Source: Myxococcales bacterium (GTDB taxonomy: Bacteria; Myxococcota_A; UBA9042). Taken from it: a stretch of DNA of 16,749 nt. Shown in pieces: positions 1-7,467 of the stretch. Under the pieces are notes generated by a model that searched no databases, was not told where the DNA came from, and saw nothing but the letters and a program-made list of their open reading frames with translations. The stretch is taken from contig JBBISH010000131.1 of assembly GCA_037441385.1 (NCBI GenBank), forward strand, positions 1 through 16,749, written 5' to 3'. Position 1 is the first letter of the stretch; each line of letters opens with the position of its first letter. Made by a program: the position numbers and the translations under genes.

Positions 1-1267
1 TCAGGGCCTTGGCGGCGACGCAGGCGTCGTCGGCGGTGATGAGGCACGAGTTGGGGTTGGCGCCCTGGCTCTCGCAGGTGCCGGCTTTGCACAGGCCCAG
101 CAGGCACGGTTTGCCGGGGGTGCAGGCCGCGCCCTCGCCCAGGTCGCTGAATTGCTTGGGATCCTTGGCCGGGTCGCAGATTTGGCAGGTGAGGTCGGCG
201 GTCTTGGGCTCGCCCTTGACCATGCAGCGCGGCTTGCCGCCGTCTTGCACCAGGCACGTGTCGGCCTTGAGGGTGGAGGAGTCGCAAGTGCCCTTGCCGT
301 CGCACGAATCGACGGTGCAGTCCAAGCTGTCTTGGCACGGGCTGCCCTTGGCGGTGGGCGACCAATCGGTCTTGCTTTGCGTCGGGGCGCACTGCAGGCA
401 GGGGTTGTCGGGGTGGGTGGCGCCCGCGGCCACGCAAGCATTGGCAATCAGGCAGCCCTTGTCGTTGGGGACGGCCTGGCAGGCCTTGCCGTTGCAGACG
501 TCGTCCGTGCAACTCTTTTCGTCGGCCGTGCAGGTCGTGTCCTTGGGGGCAGCGGACCAATCGCTTTGACTTTCCGACGGGTTGCAGACCTCGCACGGGT
601 TGTCGGACTTGGCTTCGCCGCTGGCCTGGCAGGTCCCGCCGATGCGGCACTGGTTCTTGGGGATGCCGTCGTGGCTGCAGATCTTGCCCTTGCACTGGTC
701 TACGGTGCAGCTGACCTTGTCGTCTTGGCACGGCACGCTGTCGCCCGCGGCGGACCACTCGGTCTGGCTGGCTTTGGGATCGCAGACTTGGCAGGCGCCG
801 TCGGCCACGTCGGCGTCGTTGCTGTCGCCCGCCTTCTTGCACGCGCCGCCGATCAGGCACTTGTCGGCGGCGATGACCTTGGCGGGGTCGCACTTGCCGT
901 CGGCGCTGCAGGTGCCATTCTGGCAGTCCTGGGCGTCGCCGTCGTCGCAAACGTCGCCTGCGGCCTTGTTGACGAGTTTGCAGGTCTTCGCCACGCAATC
1001 GGCGGTCTGGCACACGCCCACCGTGCCGGGTTTCCAGTTGCCGTTCTTCAGGGCGTCTTGGCAGTCGCTGGCGGCGGTGCAGGCAAACGCGTTTTGCGGC
1101 ACACACTTGCCTTGGATGCAGTCGTAGCCCGCCTGGCAGTCGGTCTTGGCCGTGCACGTCGACGAGGTCGAGACAGGCGAACAGGCCGCCAACGCCCAGC
1201 CGCACGCGAGCAGGGCCAGAGGGGCCTTCGCCTTGTATGTACTCTGAATTCGGTCACGCCAGCCCAA
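1..1267 (-). CDS. Cysteine-rich repeat lipoprotein, 3'-truncated by the window edge (>=422 aa)
   Basis: Manual translation of the minus frame is open from TTG at 1267 (GAGG 5 nt upstream) to the edge: MGWRDRIQSTYKAKAPLALLACGWALAA-C29 (lipobox-like), then CTAKTDCQAGYDCIQGKC and ~65-70-aa Cys repeats. The listed + strand ORFs 9..569 and 582..1127 are its antisense shadows. Start codon is uncertain. Confidence 0.85.
   Translation of the reverse strand, partial: MGWRDRIQSTYKAKAPLALLACGWALAACSPVSTSSTCTAKTDCQAGYDCIQGKCVPQNAFACTAASDCQDALKNGNWKPGTVGVCQTADCVAKTCKLVNKAAGDVCDDGDAQDCQNGTCSADGKCDPAKVIAADKCLIGGACKKAGDSNDADVADGACQVCDPKASQTEWSAAGDSVPCQDDKVSCTVDQCKGKICSHDGIPKNQCRIGGTCQASGEAKSDNPCEVCNPSESQSDWSAAPKDTTCTADEKSCTDDVCNGKACQAVPNDKGCLIANACVAAGATHPDNPCLQCAPTQSKTDWSPTAKGSPCQDSLDCTVDSCDGKGTCDSSTLKADTCLVQDGGKPRCMVKGEPKTADLTCQICDPAKDPKQFSDLGEGAACTPGKPCLLGLCKAGTCESQGANPNSCLITADDACVAAKAL
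2..859 (-). repeat. Intragenic Cys-rich tandem repeats, ~195-210 bp period (4 full units plus the start of a 5th)
   Basis: Units start at Cx[IV] motifs at 859, 649, 454, 256 and 46. Each has a CxIxGxC...NPCxxCxPxxSxxxWS module followed by a CxxDxxxCTxDxCxGKxC-type module; later units are more divergent. Confidence 0.8.
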
Positions 1268-1291
1268 AGCCGCCTCGCTCGGGGTGCAGAT

Positions 1292-1308
1292 TGCAGGCGC
1301 CCCGCCAA
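1292..1308 (-). promoter_or_regulatory. Possible sigma-54 (-24/-12) promoter for the lipoprotein gene
   Basis: Minus strand reads TTGGCGGGGCGCCTGCA: GG-N10-GC spacing with TGGC and TGCA cores, placing a start site just upstream of the GAGG/TTG. It deviates from the TGGCACG-N4-TTGC consensus and chance matches are common at this GC content. Confidence 0.3.
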
Positions 1309-1474
1309 CGCCATAGCGTAGCAACAGGGCCCAGCCAAGCAAGTTTTGGCGGAATTGCCGTGCCGTGGCACGTGACTACCGATGCGGAACCCTGCAAGGG
1401 CAAAGGCCCGCCTGAGGATGCCGCGGCCGTTACTGCTTGGAGGTAAGTGGCTGATGATACGGAGGAGCCCTGCC

Positions 1475-1643
1475 CTTGAAAGGGCGGGCTATCATTGCGC
1501 CGTTGGCCTGCGCCGGCGTCCTGTCCCTGGTAGGCCATGGTCGCGCGCAAACTCAGCAACTACCTATTTGCCAAGAATTTCTCGTCAATTTGGAGTGGCC
1601 GTCCCCGTAGAGGGACGGCGTCATGATAGCCCGCTGCTTCAAG
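1475..1643. repeat. 29-bp imperfect inverted repeat flanking a 111-bp core
   Basis: Left arm 1475-1503 CTTGAAAGGGCGGGCTATCATTGCGCCGT versus reverse complement of right arm 1615-1643 CTTGAAGCAGCGGGCTATCATGACGCCGT: 24/29 identical with a perfect 12-bp centre. Confidence 0.85.
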
Positions 1644-1680
1644 TGATCAGCACAAATAGGCCTTCGTGGCTACCGCCGCG

Positions 1681-1767
1681 ATTCGTCCGCCCCAAAGGCG
1701 GCGAATTTGCGGCCCACCCAGCAGGGGAGGCGAGGCGGAAACTCATTTCCGCTGACCGCCTCAGCGG
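1681..1767. other. Cluster of GC-rich hairpins downstream of the minus-strand hypothetical gene (possible 3'-end structure)
   Basis: ATTCG(T)CCGCC/GGCGGCGAAT stem at 1681-1706; three overlapping 7-bp stems at 1735-1741/1746-1752, 1732-1738/1756-1762 and 1749-1755/1761-1767. No clear U-tract. Confidence 0.4.
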
Positions 1768-1820
1768 CCGGGCCACACCAAATGCCACAAATCACGGCAG
1801 GTTTTGGGCGGTCGCGCGAC

Positions 1821-2675
1821 TCAGCCGTTGTTGCGCTTGCGGCGGCGGCGGTTGCGCTTGCGATCCCCGCCCGCCCCGGTCGCCGTTGCCTCGCCCTGCA
1901 CGGTGAGCGTGAGGGTCAGCGCCCCGCTGGCCTTCTTGGTCCGCAGCTCGCGCAGCGCGTCGCCGGCCAGCGCCAGGATCAGCTCGGCGGCGGTCTCGGC
2001 GCCTCCGCGGCGGGTCACGGTCACAGCCAACTTGGTGGGCTCGCCGTCGGCCGGACCGTCGTCCTCGTCGTCGTCGCACTCGTCGTCGATGTCGTCGCTC
2101 CCTTCGTCCTCGCCGTCCTCTTCCGCGGCGGCGGGCGGGGCCGGCGGCGGATCCGGCTGCTTGCGCAAGGCGTTGAGCTCGGCCAGCTCTTCGGCGTCCA
2201 ACTCCTCGCGAGTCATGCTGGGCACCTTGCCAAAGAGGACGTGGAAGCGCGGCGGCGGCAGGCCGCTGGTCTCGCACACCCGCGACCACAGGCGCTGCAG
2301 GGTCTTGTCGCGCAGCACCTGCAAGAACGCGGCGATGGTCCCGTCGGGCGCCATGGCGTTTTCGAGCGCGGTGTGGGCGTCGTCCAGGGCCTTGGTGGTG
2401 GCGGCGTCCACGGCGCTTACGGTGGCGTCGCGGCGCGCTTGCGAAAACCGCTGGTGGCCGTCGATCAGCTGACCGCGGGCAATCGCGTAGCCGCTCCATA
2501 GCACCTTGGCATAGGTGCGCAAGTACGGGTTTTGATGGTAGCTGAACTTGAGGAGGCCATCGGCCTCGCCCGTGCCGGCGCCCGACGATTTGCTGGTGGG
2601 CAGACCGGCCAGCGAACGTTCGAGGAACAGCAATTCCTCTTTGGCTAGCTGGGGTTGATTGGGGTTCTTGGACAT
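1821..2675 (-). CDS. Hypothetical protein (284 aa) with Pro/acidic low-complexity linker and Arg/Lys-rich C-terminal tail
   Basis: ORF 1821..2792 in the track; protein-like composition begins at ATG 2675 (MSKNPNQPQLAKEELLFLERSL). Contains EEDGEDEGSDDIDDECDDDEDD and ends RKRNRRRRKRNNG. No family recognised. Confidence 0.75.
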   Translation of the reverse strand: MSKNPNQPQLAKEELLFLERSLAGLPTSKSSGAGTGEADGLLKFSYHQNPYLRTYAKVLWSGYAIARGQLIDGHQRFSQARRDATVSAVDAATTKALDDAHTALENAMAPDGTIAAFLQVLRDKTLQRLWSRVCETSGLPPPRFHVLFGKVPSMTREELDAEELAELNALRKQPDPPPAPPAAAEEDGEDEGSDDIDDECDDDEDDGPADGEPTKLAVTVTRRGGAETAAELILALAGDALRELRTKKASGALTLTLTVQGEATATGAGGDRKRNRRRRKRNNG

Positions 2676-2941
2676 TGGTGGCACTCGCTGCAGGCCGCTC
2701 GGGCCGGCATGAACGGGTGATGGCTGCCGGTCGCGACGGTTGCGACTGCGGCGCCGGGACTCTACAAGCTCGCGGTGCGGCGGGCAAGCCAACTGCGCGA
2801 CGGACCGGCAGCCCAGCGATTTCCCCCCAGCCGATATGACAATCGAGTGACGTCTTGGCAGCCCAGCCCGCGCAAAATGCCGCGCGGCGGGCCCGCCCCA
2901 TGCGGCTCAGGCGACGCGGCGGCCATGGACTGGAGGGCGAG

Positions 2942-4807
2942 ATGGTGCTGGGACTAGAGGACATCGACCAACTGCTGGCCGACGAAGAAGCCGACGAGCT
3001 GGAGTACATCCACCTGACGTCGAACGAGACGCTGCTGTCGCCGCGGGCCCTCAAGGTCCTGTCGTCGCCGCTGGGCAATCGTTACCTGCTGGAACACCGC
3101 GACATGCGGCAGGATTCGCCGTCGCGCCTCAACGGCTTCATCTTCAAGGGCCTGAGCCGGGTCAACGCCATCGAGGCTTCGGCCGCCGAGGTGTGTCAAG
3201 AGCTGTTTGGCGCCAAATACGTGGAGTTTCGTTGCCTTTCGGGCCTGCACGCCATGCAGACCACCATGCTGTCGCTGACGGAGCCGGGCGACACCGTGAT
3301 GCGCTTTGGCATCGTCGATGGCGGGCACTTCGCCACCGAGCACCTGATCAAAGTGTTCGGCCGCAAAAGCTGCACCTACGGCTTTGACCGCGCGCGGCTG
3401 ACCATCGACATCGCCAAGACCGCCGAGATTTTCAAGCGCGAGAAGCCCAAGCTCCTGTATCTGGACGCGATGAACTACCTGTTCCCGTTCCCGATTCGCG
3501 AGCTGCGCGAGGTGGTAGGCGACACGCCGATCCTGTACGACGCCAGCCACACGCTGGGCCTCATCGCAGGCGGCCAGTTCCAGAACCCGCTGGCCGAGGG
3601 CGCCGACATTCTGCAGGCCAACACTCACAAGACCCTGTTTGGACCACAAAAAGGCATCATCCTGACCAACAACCGCGAGCTGATCGACCGCATCGGCTAC
3701 AACCTGTCGCAGGGCCTGGTGTCGAGCCAACACACCGCGTCGCTGCTGTCGCTGTTCATCGCCCTGCACGAGACGCGGCTGACCGGCAGGGCGTTTGCCA
3801 AGCAAGTGGTCGAAAATGCGCGAACTTTGGCCGAACGACTGGCCGCGCAAGGCGTGCCGGTGCTGGCCCGCCACGATGGGCAGTTTACCGATAATCATCA
3901 CTTTTTCATCAACTTGACTGGCGTGGCCTCGGCGGCCCACCAGCTCGAACGTCTGCTGCGCGCCCACCTGGTGGTGCAGCGTGGCATGCCGTTCCGCAAC
4001 GTGGACGCGCTGCGGGTGGGCGTGCAAGAAGTGACCCGGCGCGGCTACGGCCCCGGCGAGATGGCGCAACTGGCGGAATGGATGGCGGCCGTGCTGCACG
4101 GCGCCGAGCCCGAGGTGCTGGCGCCAGCGGTGCGGGCGATGGCCAGGCGCTTCGACCAGACCTATTACACGGGCGAAGCGGGCGACGGCACGTTGGATTT
4201 GCCCGCCATCCCGCCGCCGTCGGCCAAGGGGCGCTGGGTCGATTATCGTCACCTGGGCAACGAGTTTGCCATGAGCGACGACCAGTTTGCCGACATTCGC
4301 TCGCTGGGCGCTGCTGCGGGCGACTTCCCCAACCAGACCGATTCGACCGGCAATGTCAGCCTGCGCGCGGGCGAACGGGTGTTCGTGTCGAGCAGCGGCT
4401 CGTACATCAAGCACCTGGCCGACGGGCAAGTGGTGGAGCTGGACGCGGTGGATCCGAGCGGCGAGCTCATCGACTACCACGGCGCGGCGCTGCCCTCGTC
4501 CGAATCGCTCATGCATTTCTTGGTGTATCAAAGCGTGCCCGCCGGCGCGGTCATCCACACCCACTACCTGCTGACCAACCAAGAGGCAGCGGACTTTGGG
4601 GTGGTGGTGGTGCCGCCTCAGGAGTACGCCTCGATCGCCCTGGCGCGGGCGGTGGCCGAGGGCAGCAAGCGCAGCCGCATCGTGTACATCCAGAAGCACG
4701 GCCTGGTGTTCTGGGGCACCGACACTGCCGATTGCCTTGCGCAGGTCCACAACTTCATCCACAACCGCCCGCCACGCCGCGCCGCGGAGGCCGCCTATGC
4801 ATCCTGA
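2942..4807 (+). CDS. flFT: 4-fluorothreonine transaldolase-like didomain enzyme (PLP-dependent L-threonine transaldolase/SHMT-like domain + class II aldolase/adducin domain), 621 aa
   Basis: GGAGG at 2932-2936 precedes ATG 2942. N-domain motifs: HLTSNETLLSPRA, RYLLEH, EFRCLSGLHAMQTT, DGGHF, DAMNYLFPFP, DASHTLGLIAGG, QANTHK(230)TLFGPQKG (PLP lysine), VSSQHTAS, GVQEVTRRG. C-domain motifs: GNVS, SSGSYIK, PSSE..MH, HTH, KHGLVFW (metal-binding His triad). Architecture and motifs match Streptomyces FTase as I recall it; the symbol denotes homology, not proven activity. Confidence 0.88.
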   Translation: MVLGLEDIDQLLADEEADELEYIHLTSNETLLSPRALKVLSSPLGNRYLLEHRDMRQDSPSRLNGFIFKGLSRVNAIEASAAEVCQELFGAKYVEFRCLSGLHAMQTTMLSLTEPGDTVMRFGIVDGGHFATEHLIKVFGRKSCTYGFDRARLTIDIAKTAEIFKREKPKLLYLDAMNYLFPFPIRELREVVGDTPILYDASHTLGLIAGGQFQNPLAEGADILQANTHKTLFGPQKGIILTNNRELIDRIGYNLSQGLVSSQHTASLLSLFIALHETRLTGRAFAKQVVENARTLAERLAAQGVPVLARHDGQFTDNHHFFINLTGVASAAHQLERLLRAHLVVQRGMPFRNVDALRVGVQEVTRRGYGPGEMAQLAEWMAAVLHGAEPEVLAPAVRAMARRFDQTYYTGEAGDGTLDLPAIPPPSAKGRWVDYRHLGNEFAMSDDQFADIRSLGAAAGDFPNQTDSTGNVSLRAGERVFVSSSGSYIKHLADGQVVELDAVDPSGELIDYHGAALPSSESLMHFLVYQSVPAGAVIHTHYLLTNQEAADFGVVVVPPQEYASIALARAVAEGSKRSRIVYIQKHGLVFWGTDTADCLAQVHNFIHNRPPRRAAEAAYAS

Positions 4808-5762
4808 TTTCTTGCACCCGCTGGATTTGGACTCGCCGCTGCACACCGCCACACCGCAGTGGCACTCGCTGCCGATCTCGCGCACGGCTGGCAAGCCGAT
4901 CCATCTGAAAATCGAGGCGTTGCAGCCGGTGGGCTCGTTCAAGATCCGCGGCATCGGCCGGCTCTGCCAAAAGGCGGTGGCGGCGGGGGCGCGGCAGTTC
5001 GTGTCGTCGTCGGGCGGCAACGCCGGGGTGGCGGCGGCCTACGCGGGCAGTCAACTCGGTATCAAGACGACGGTTTACGTGTTCGCTGGCGTGCCCGAGA
5101 CGGCCAAGCTGCGCATGCAGGAGTTTGGTGCCGAGGTGGTGATGGCCGGGCCGACCTGGGCCGAGGCCCACGCCATGGCCAGTGAACTGGCTGAAAAGCA
5201 GGGCGCTTTCTACATCCACCCCTTCGATCACCCCGACCTCTGGGCCGGCCACAGCACGCTGGTCGACGAGGTGGTGGCCAGCGGCTACCGGCCCGACCTG
5301 GTGGTGGTGGCGGTGGGCGGCGGCGGCCTGCTGACCGGCCTGCTGGACGGCCTGGACCGGCACGGTCTGAGCAAGACCAAGGTGTTGGCGGTCGAGACCT
5401 TTGGCACGGAGTCGCTGCACGCGGCGCTGAAGGCCGGCCAGCCGGTGACCCTGCCGCGCATCAATTCGGTGGCGAAAACCCTGGGCGCGGCCCGGGTTTG
5501 CGACGCGGCCTTCGAGCGAGCGCAGCGGCACGCGGTGGAGTCGCTGGTGGTGACCGACGAGCAGGCGCTGCGGGCCTGCCGGCAATTTGCCTTGGACCAT
5601 CGGCTGTTGGTCGAGCCGTCGGCGGGGGCCGCCCTGTCGGCGGTGTACGAGGGGCTGGGCGCGGTGGCGCAGGCCCGCGACGCGCTGGTCATCGTGTGCG
5701 GCGGCGTGGGAATTGCCTTGCGCGACGAGGTGTTCGCTTATGCGCCGCGGCTGCCGGACTAG
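4797..5762 (+). CDS. PLP-dependent L-serine/L-threonine dehydratase (ammonia-lyase), fold type II, SDS/CHA1-like, no regulatory domain, 321 aa
   Basis: GGAGG at 4786-4790, ATG 4797 overlapping the previous gene by 11 nt. Motifs: LKIEALQPVGSFKIRGIG (PLP Lys), SSGGNAG, HPFDHPDLWAGH, AVGGGGL, LVEPSAGA, VIVCGG (Cys as in eukaryote-type serine dehydratases). Confidence 0.88.
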   Translation: MHPDFLHPLDLDSPLHTATPQWHSLPISRTAGKPIHLKIEALQPVGSFKIRGIGRLCQKAVAAGARQFVSSSGGNAGVAAAYAGSQLGIKTTVYVFAGVPETAKLRMQEFGAEVVMAGPTWAEAHAMASELAEKQGAFYIHPFDHPDLWAGHSTLVDEVVASGYRPDLVVVAVGGGGLLTGLLDGLDRHGLSKTKVLAVETFGTESLHAALKAGQPVTLPRINSVAKTLGAARVCDAAFERAQRHAVESLVVTDEQALRACRQFALDHRLLVEPSAGAALSAVYEGLGAVAQARDALVIVCGGVGIALRDEVFAYAPRLPD

Positions 5763-5780
5763 GCGAACGAGAGGAACTCC

Positions 5781-6995
5781 ATGAAAACTCCTGACGTCAT
5801 CGTGGTGGGCGGCGGCATCTCGGGCCTGGCGCTGGCGTTCTTTGCCGCGCGCGACGGCAAACAGGTCCTGGTGCTGGAAAGCAGTGACCGCATCGGCGGT
5901 TGCCTGGACTCGCGCCGCCACGGCGACTACTGGTTCGAGCTGGGCGCCCACACCTGCTACAACTCGTACACCACCCTCATCGAGATCCTGGAGGCCACCG
6001 GCCTTATGGGCAAGCTGGTGCCGCGCGGCGAGGCCCGCAAGGTCTTTGCCCTGTTGCGCGACGGCAAGATCAGCACCATGGGGCCGATGTCGGTGATGTT
6101 CCAGTTCAACTGGCTGGAGCTGCTGGTGTCGCTGCCGATGGGTCTGTTTGCCAGCAAGACCGGCCGGAGTACGGCGGAGTACTACGGCAAGCTGTTGGGC
6201 CGCAACAACTTTGCCAAGGTGCTGGGGCCGTTTTTGTCGGCAGTGCCGTCGCAGGCGGCGGATGGCTTCCCGGCCGAGGGCGCGGGCAGCCTGTTCAAGA
6301 AGCGGCCGCGCCGCGAAGATGTCATCAAGACTTGGACTCTGCAGGGTGGGCTGGGCACGGTGGCCGAGGCAATCGCTACGGTGCCGGGCATCGAAGTGCG
6401 CACGAATTGTGCGGTGCAACATGTCGCGCGGGCAGATGGCGGCTATCAGGTGACAACGGCGAAGGGCGAGGTGCTCGCAGTGCCCCAATTGGCGATGGCG
6501 GTGCCCCCGGCGACGGCGGCGCGGCTGCTGCAGAGCGCGGAACCCCAGCTAGTGAAAGCGCTTTCTGCCATCCAGATGGCCGCGGTCGATACGCTGGGCG
6601 CGGTGGTGGCCAAGGCGGAGCTGAACCTGCCCGACCTGGCCTTTGTGGTGCCGCAGCAGGACACGTTCTTTTCGGCGGTGACCCGCGACGCCGTGCCGGA
6701 CCCCGACCGCCGCGGCTTCGCCTTCCACTTCCGGCCCGGTCAGAGCGCCGCGCTGCAGCGGCAGCGCATGGTCGAAGTGCTTGGTGTGCCAGAGGAAAGT
6801 CTGCAAGCGACCTTCAGCCGCCATACCGACCTGCCGTCGCCGCAGGTGGGCCATGGCGAGCGGGTGGCGGCCCTGGACGCGGCGGTGGCGGGCAAGCCGC
6901 TGGCGCTGTGCGGCAACTACTTCGTCGGGCTGGCCATCGAGGACTGTGTGGCGCGGTCCAAGGCGGAGTGGTTGCGGCTGAAGGCGGCGGGGTAG
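5781..6995 (+). CDS. FAD-dependent oxidoreductase, protoporphyrinogen/coproporphyrinogen oxidase (HemY)-like, flavin amine oxidase superfamily, 404 aa
   Basis: GAGGA before ATG 5781. Rossmann motif VVGGGISGL...VLVLESSDRIGG, FELGAHTCYNSY, TLQGGLGTVAEAI, and C-terminal LCGNYFVGLAIEDCV typical of HemY-like proteins. Shorter than canonical HemY; substrate uncertain. Confidence 0.8.
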   Translation: MKTPDVIVVGGGISGLALAFFAARDGKQVLVLESSDRIGGCLDSRRHGDYWFELGAHTCYNSYTTLIEILEATGLMGKLVPRGEARKVFALLRDGKISTMGPMSVMFQFNWLELLVSLPMGLFASKTGRSTAEYYGKLLGRNNFAKVLGPFLSAVPSQAADGFPAEGAGSLFKKRPRREDVIKTWTLQGGLGTVAEAIATVPGIEVRTNCAVQHVARADGGYQVTTAKGEVLAVPQLAMAVPPATAARLLQSAEPQLVKALSAIQMAAVDTLGAVVAKAELNLPDLAFVVPQQDTFFSAVTRDAVPDPDRRGFAFHFRPGQSAALQRQRMVEVLGVPEESLQATFSRHTDLPSPQVGHGERVAALDAAVAGKPLALCGNYFVGLAIEDCVARSKAEWLRLKAAG

Positions 6996-6997
6996 GC

Positions 6998-7041
6998 GCC
7001 CACTCTGCGCCTCTGGCCCCTATTTGTGGCGCGGGGTGGGC
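6998..7041 (+). terminator. 14-bp stem-loop immediately after the operon's last stop codon (3'-end structure, no U-tract)
   Basis: GCCCACTCTGCGCC (6998-7011) pairs with GGCGCGGGGTGGGC (7028-7041), with two G-U pairs that form only on the + strand; 16-nt loop. Confidence 0.5.
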
Positions 7042-7467
7042 CTCATCGTGTGCCGCTTGACACCTTACGGCACCTGGGGTTGCCTACGGATGTCGTGCTC
7101 AACGAGTCCCAGCCCATCTGGCGTCACCGCCGGACGAGGCGCTTCCCGCAGACGTGAACCAGACTGGGCAGGACCGGCAGTGGAGTCGGCGCCGAACGCG
7201 TGGAGGAGCAAACCCGAGAAAGTTTAGGCGACCGCGCGCAGCTTTCACGCCCGCCGCTCATCCGCTGCAACGCCTGAGTCCGTAGCTCTCGACACGAGCA
7301 CCCAACTGGTGCCGGTTTTCCATAGAGTGCTGCCCACTGATCGATGGGGACCGCGCGCGCGATCCCAAGCATGGTGATGCGACCACCAGGATGCCCTAAG
7401 GTTGGAACCTAACAATTTCATGACGAGTTCATCGGCGTGGGGATTTCGGCGGTGGGTTTGGGCGCCC

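Noticed and set aside
1425..1490. CTGATGA...GAAA resembling a hammerhead ribozyme core, and GCTGATGA resembling the 3' part of a fluoride riboswitch
   Set aside because: A weak stem I can be drawn but stems II and III do not pair properly; the GGNGAUGG...UUC.CC 5' part of the fluoride motif is missing. An Rfam scan would settle it.
2676..2941. Fluoride riboswitch upstream of the FTase-like gene
   Set aside because: No match to the crcB-motif consensus seen in the divergent spacer.
2855..2941. Longer N-termini in the ORF track (2855; likewise 4596, 7658 and 2792)
   Set aside because: Extensions are Arg/Pro-rich or overlap neighbouring genes; downstream ATGs at 2942, 4797 and 7715 have good RBSs, and 2675 marks the start of protein-like sequence.
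3810..3930. Locally AT-richer patch inside the transaldolase gene suggesting recombination
   Set aside because: Short, partly explained by Phe/Asn/His/Ile codons, frame and motifs continuous; cannot be supported without a GC3 analysis.
2942..4807. Annotation as housekeeping serine hydroxymethyltransferase (glyA)
   Set aside because: Lacks canonical SHMT motifs (NKYAEGYPG, TTTHKTLRGPRGG), has transaldolase-type NTHKTLFGPQKG and GGHF, and carries an extra class II aldolase domain.
7019..7028. CCTATTTG(TG) shared with 1563-1570 and the reverse complement of 1651-1660
   Set aside because: 8-10-bp matches are within rough chance expectation for this much intergenic DNA.
7205..7250. GCAAACCC..GAAA resembling a c-di-GMP-I riboswitch
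   Set aside because: The required GACGCAAAGC element and tetraloop-receptor stem are absent.
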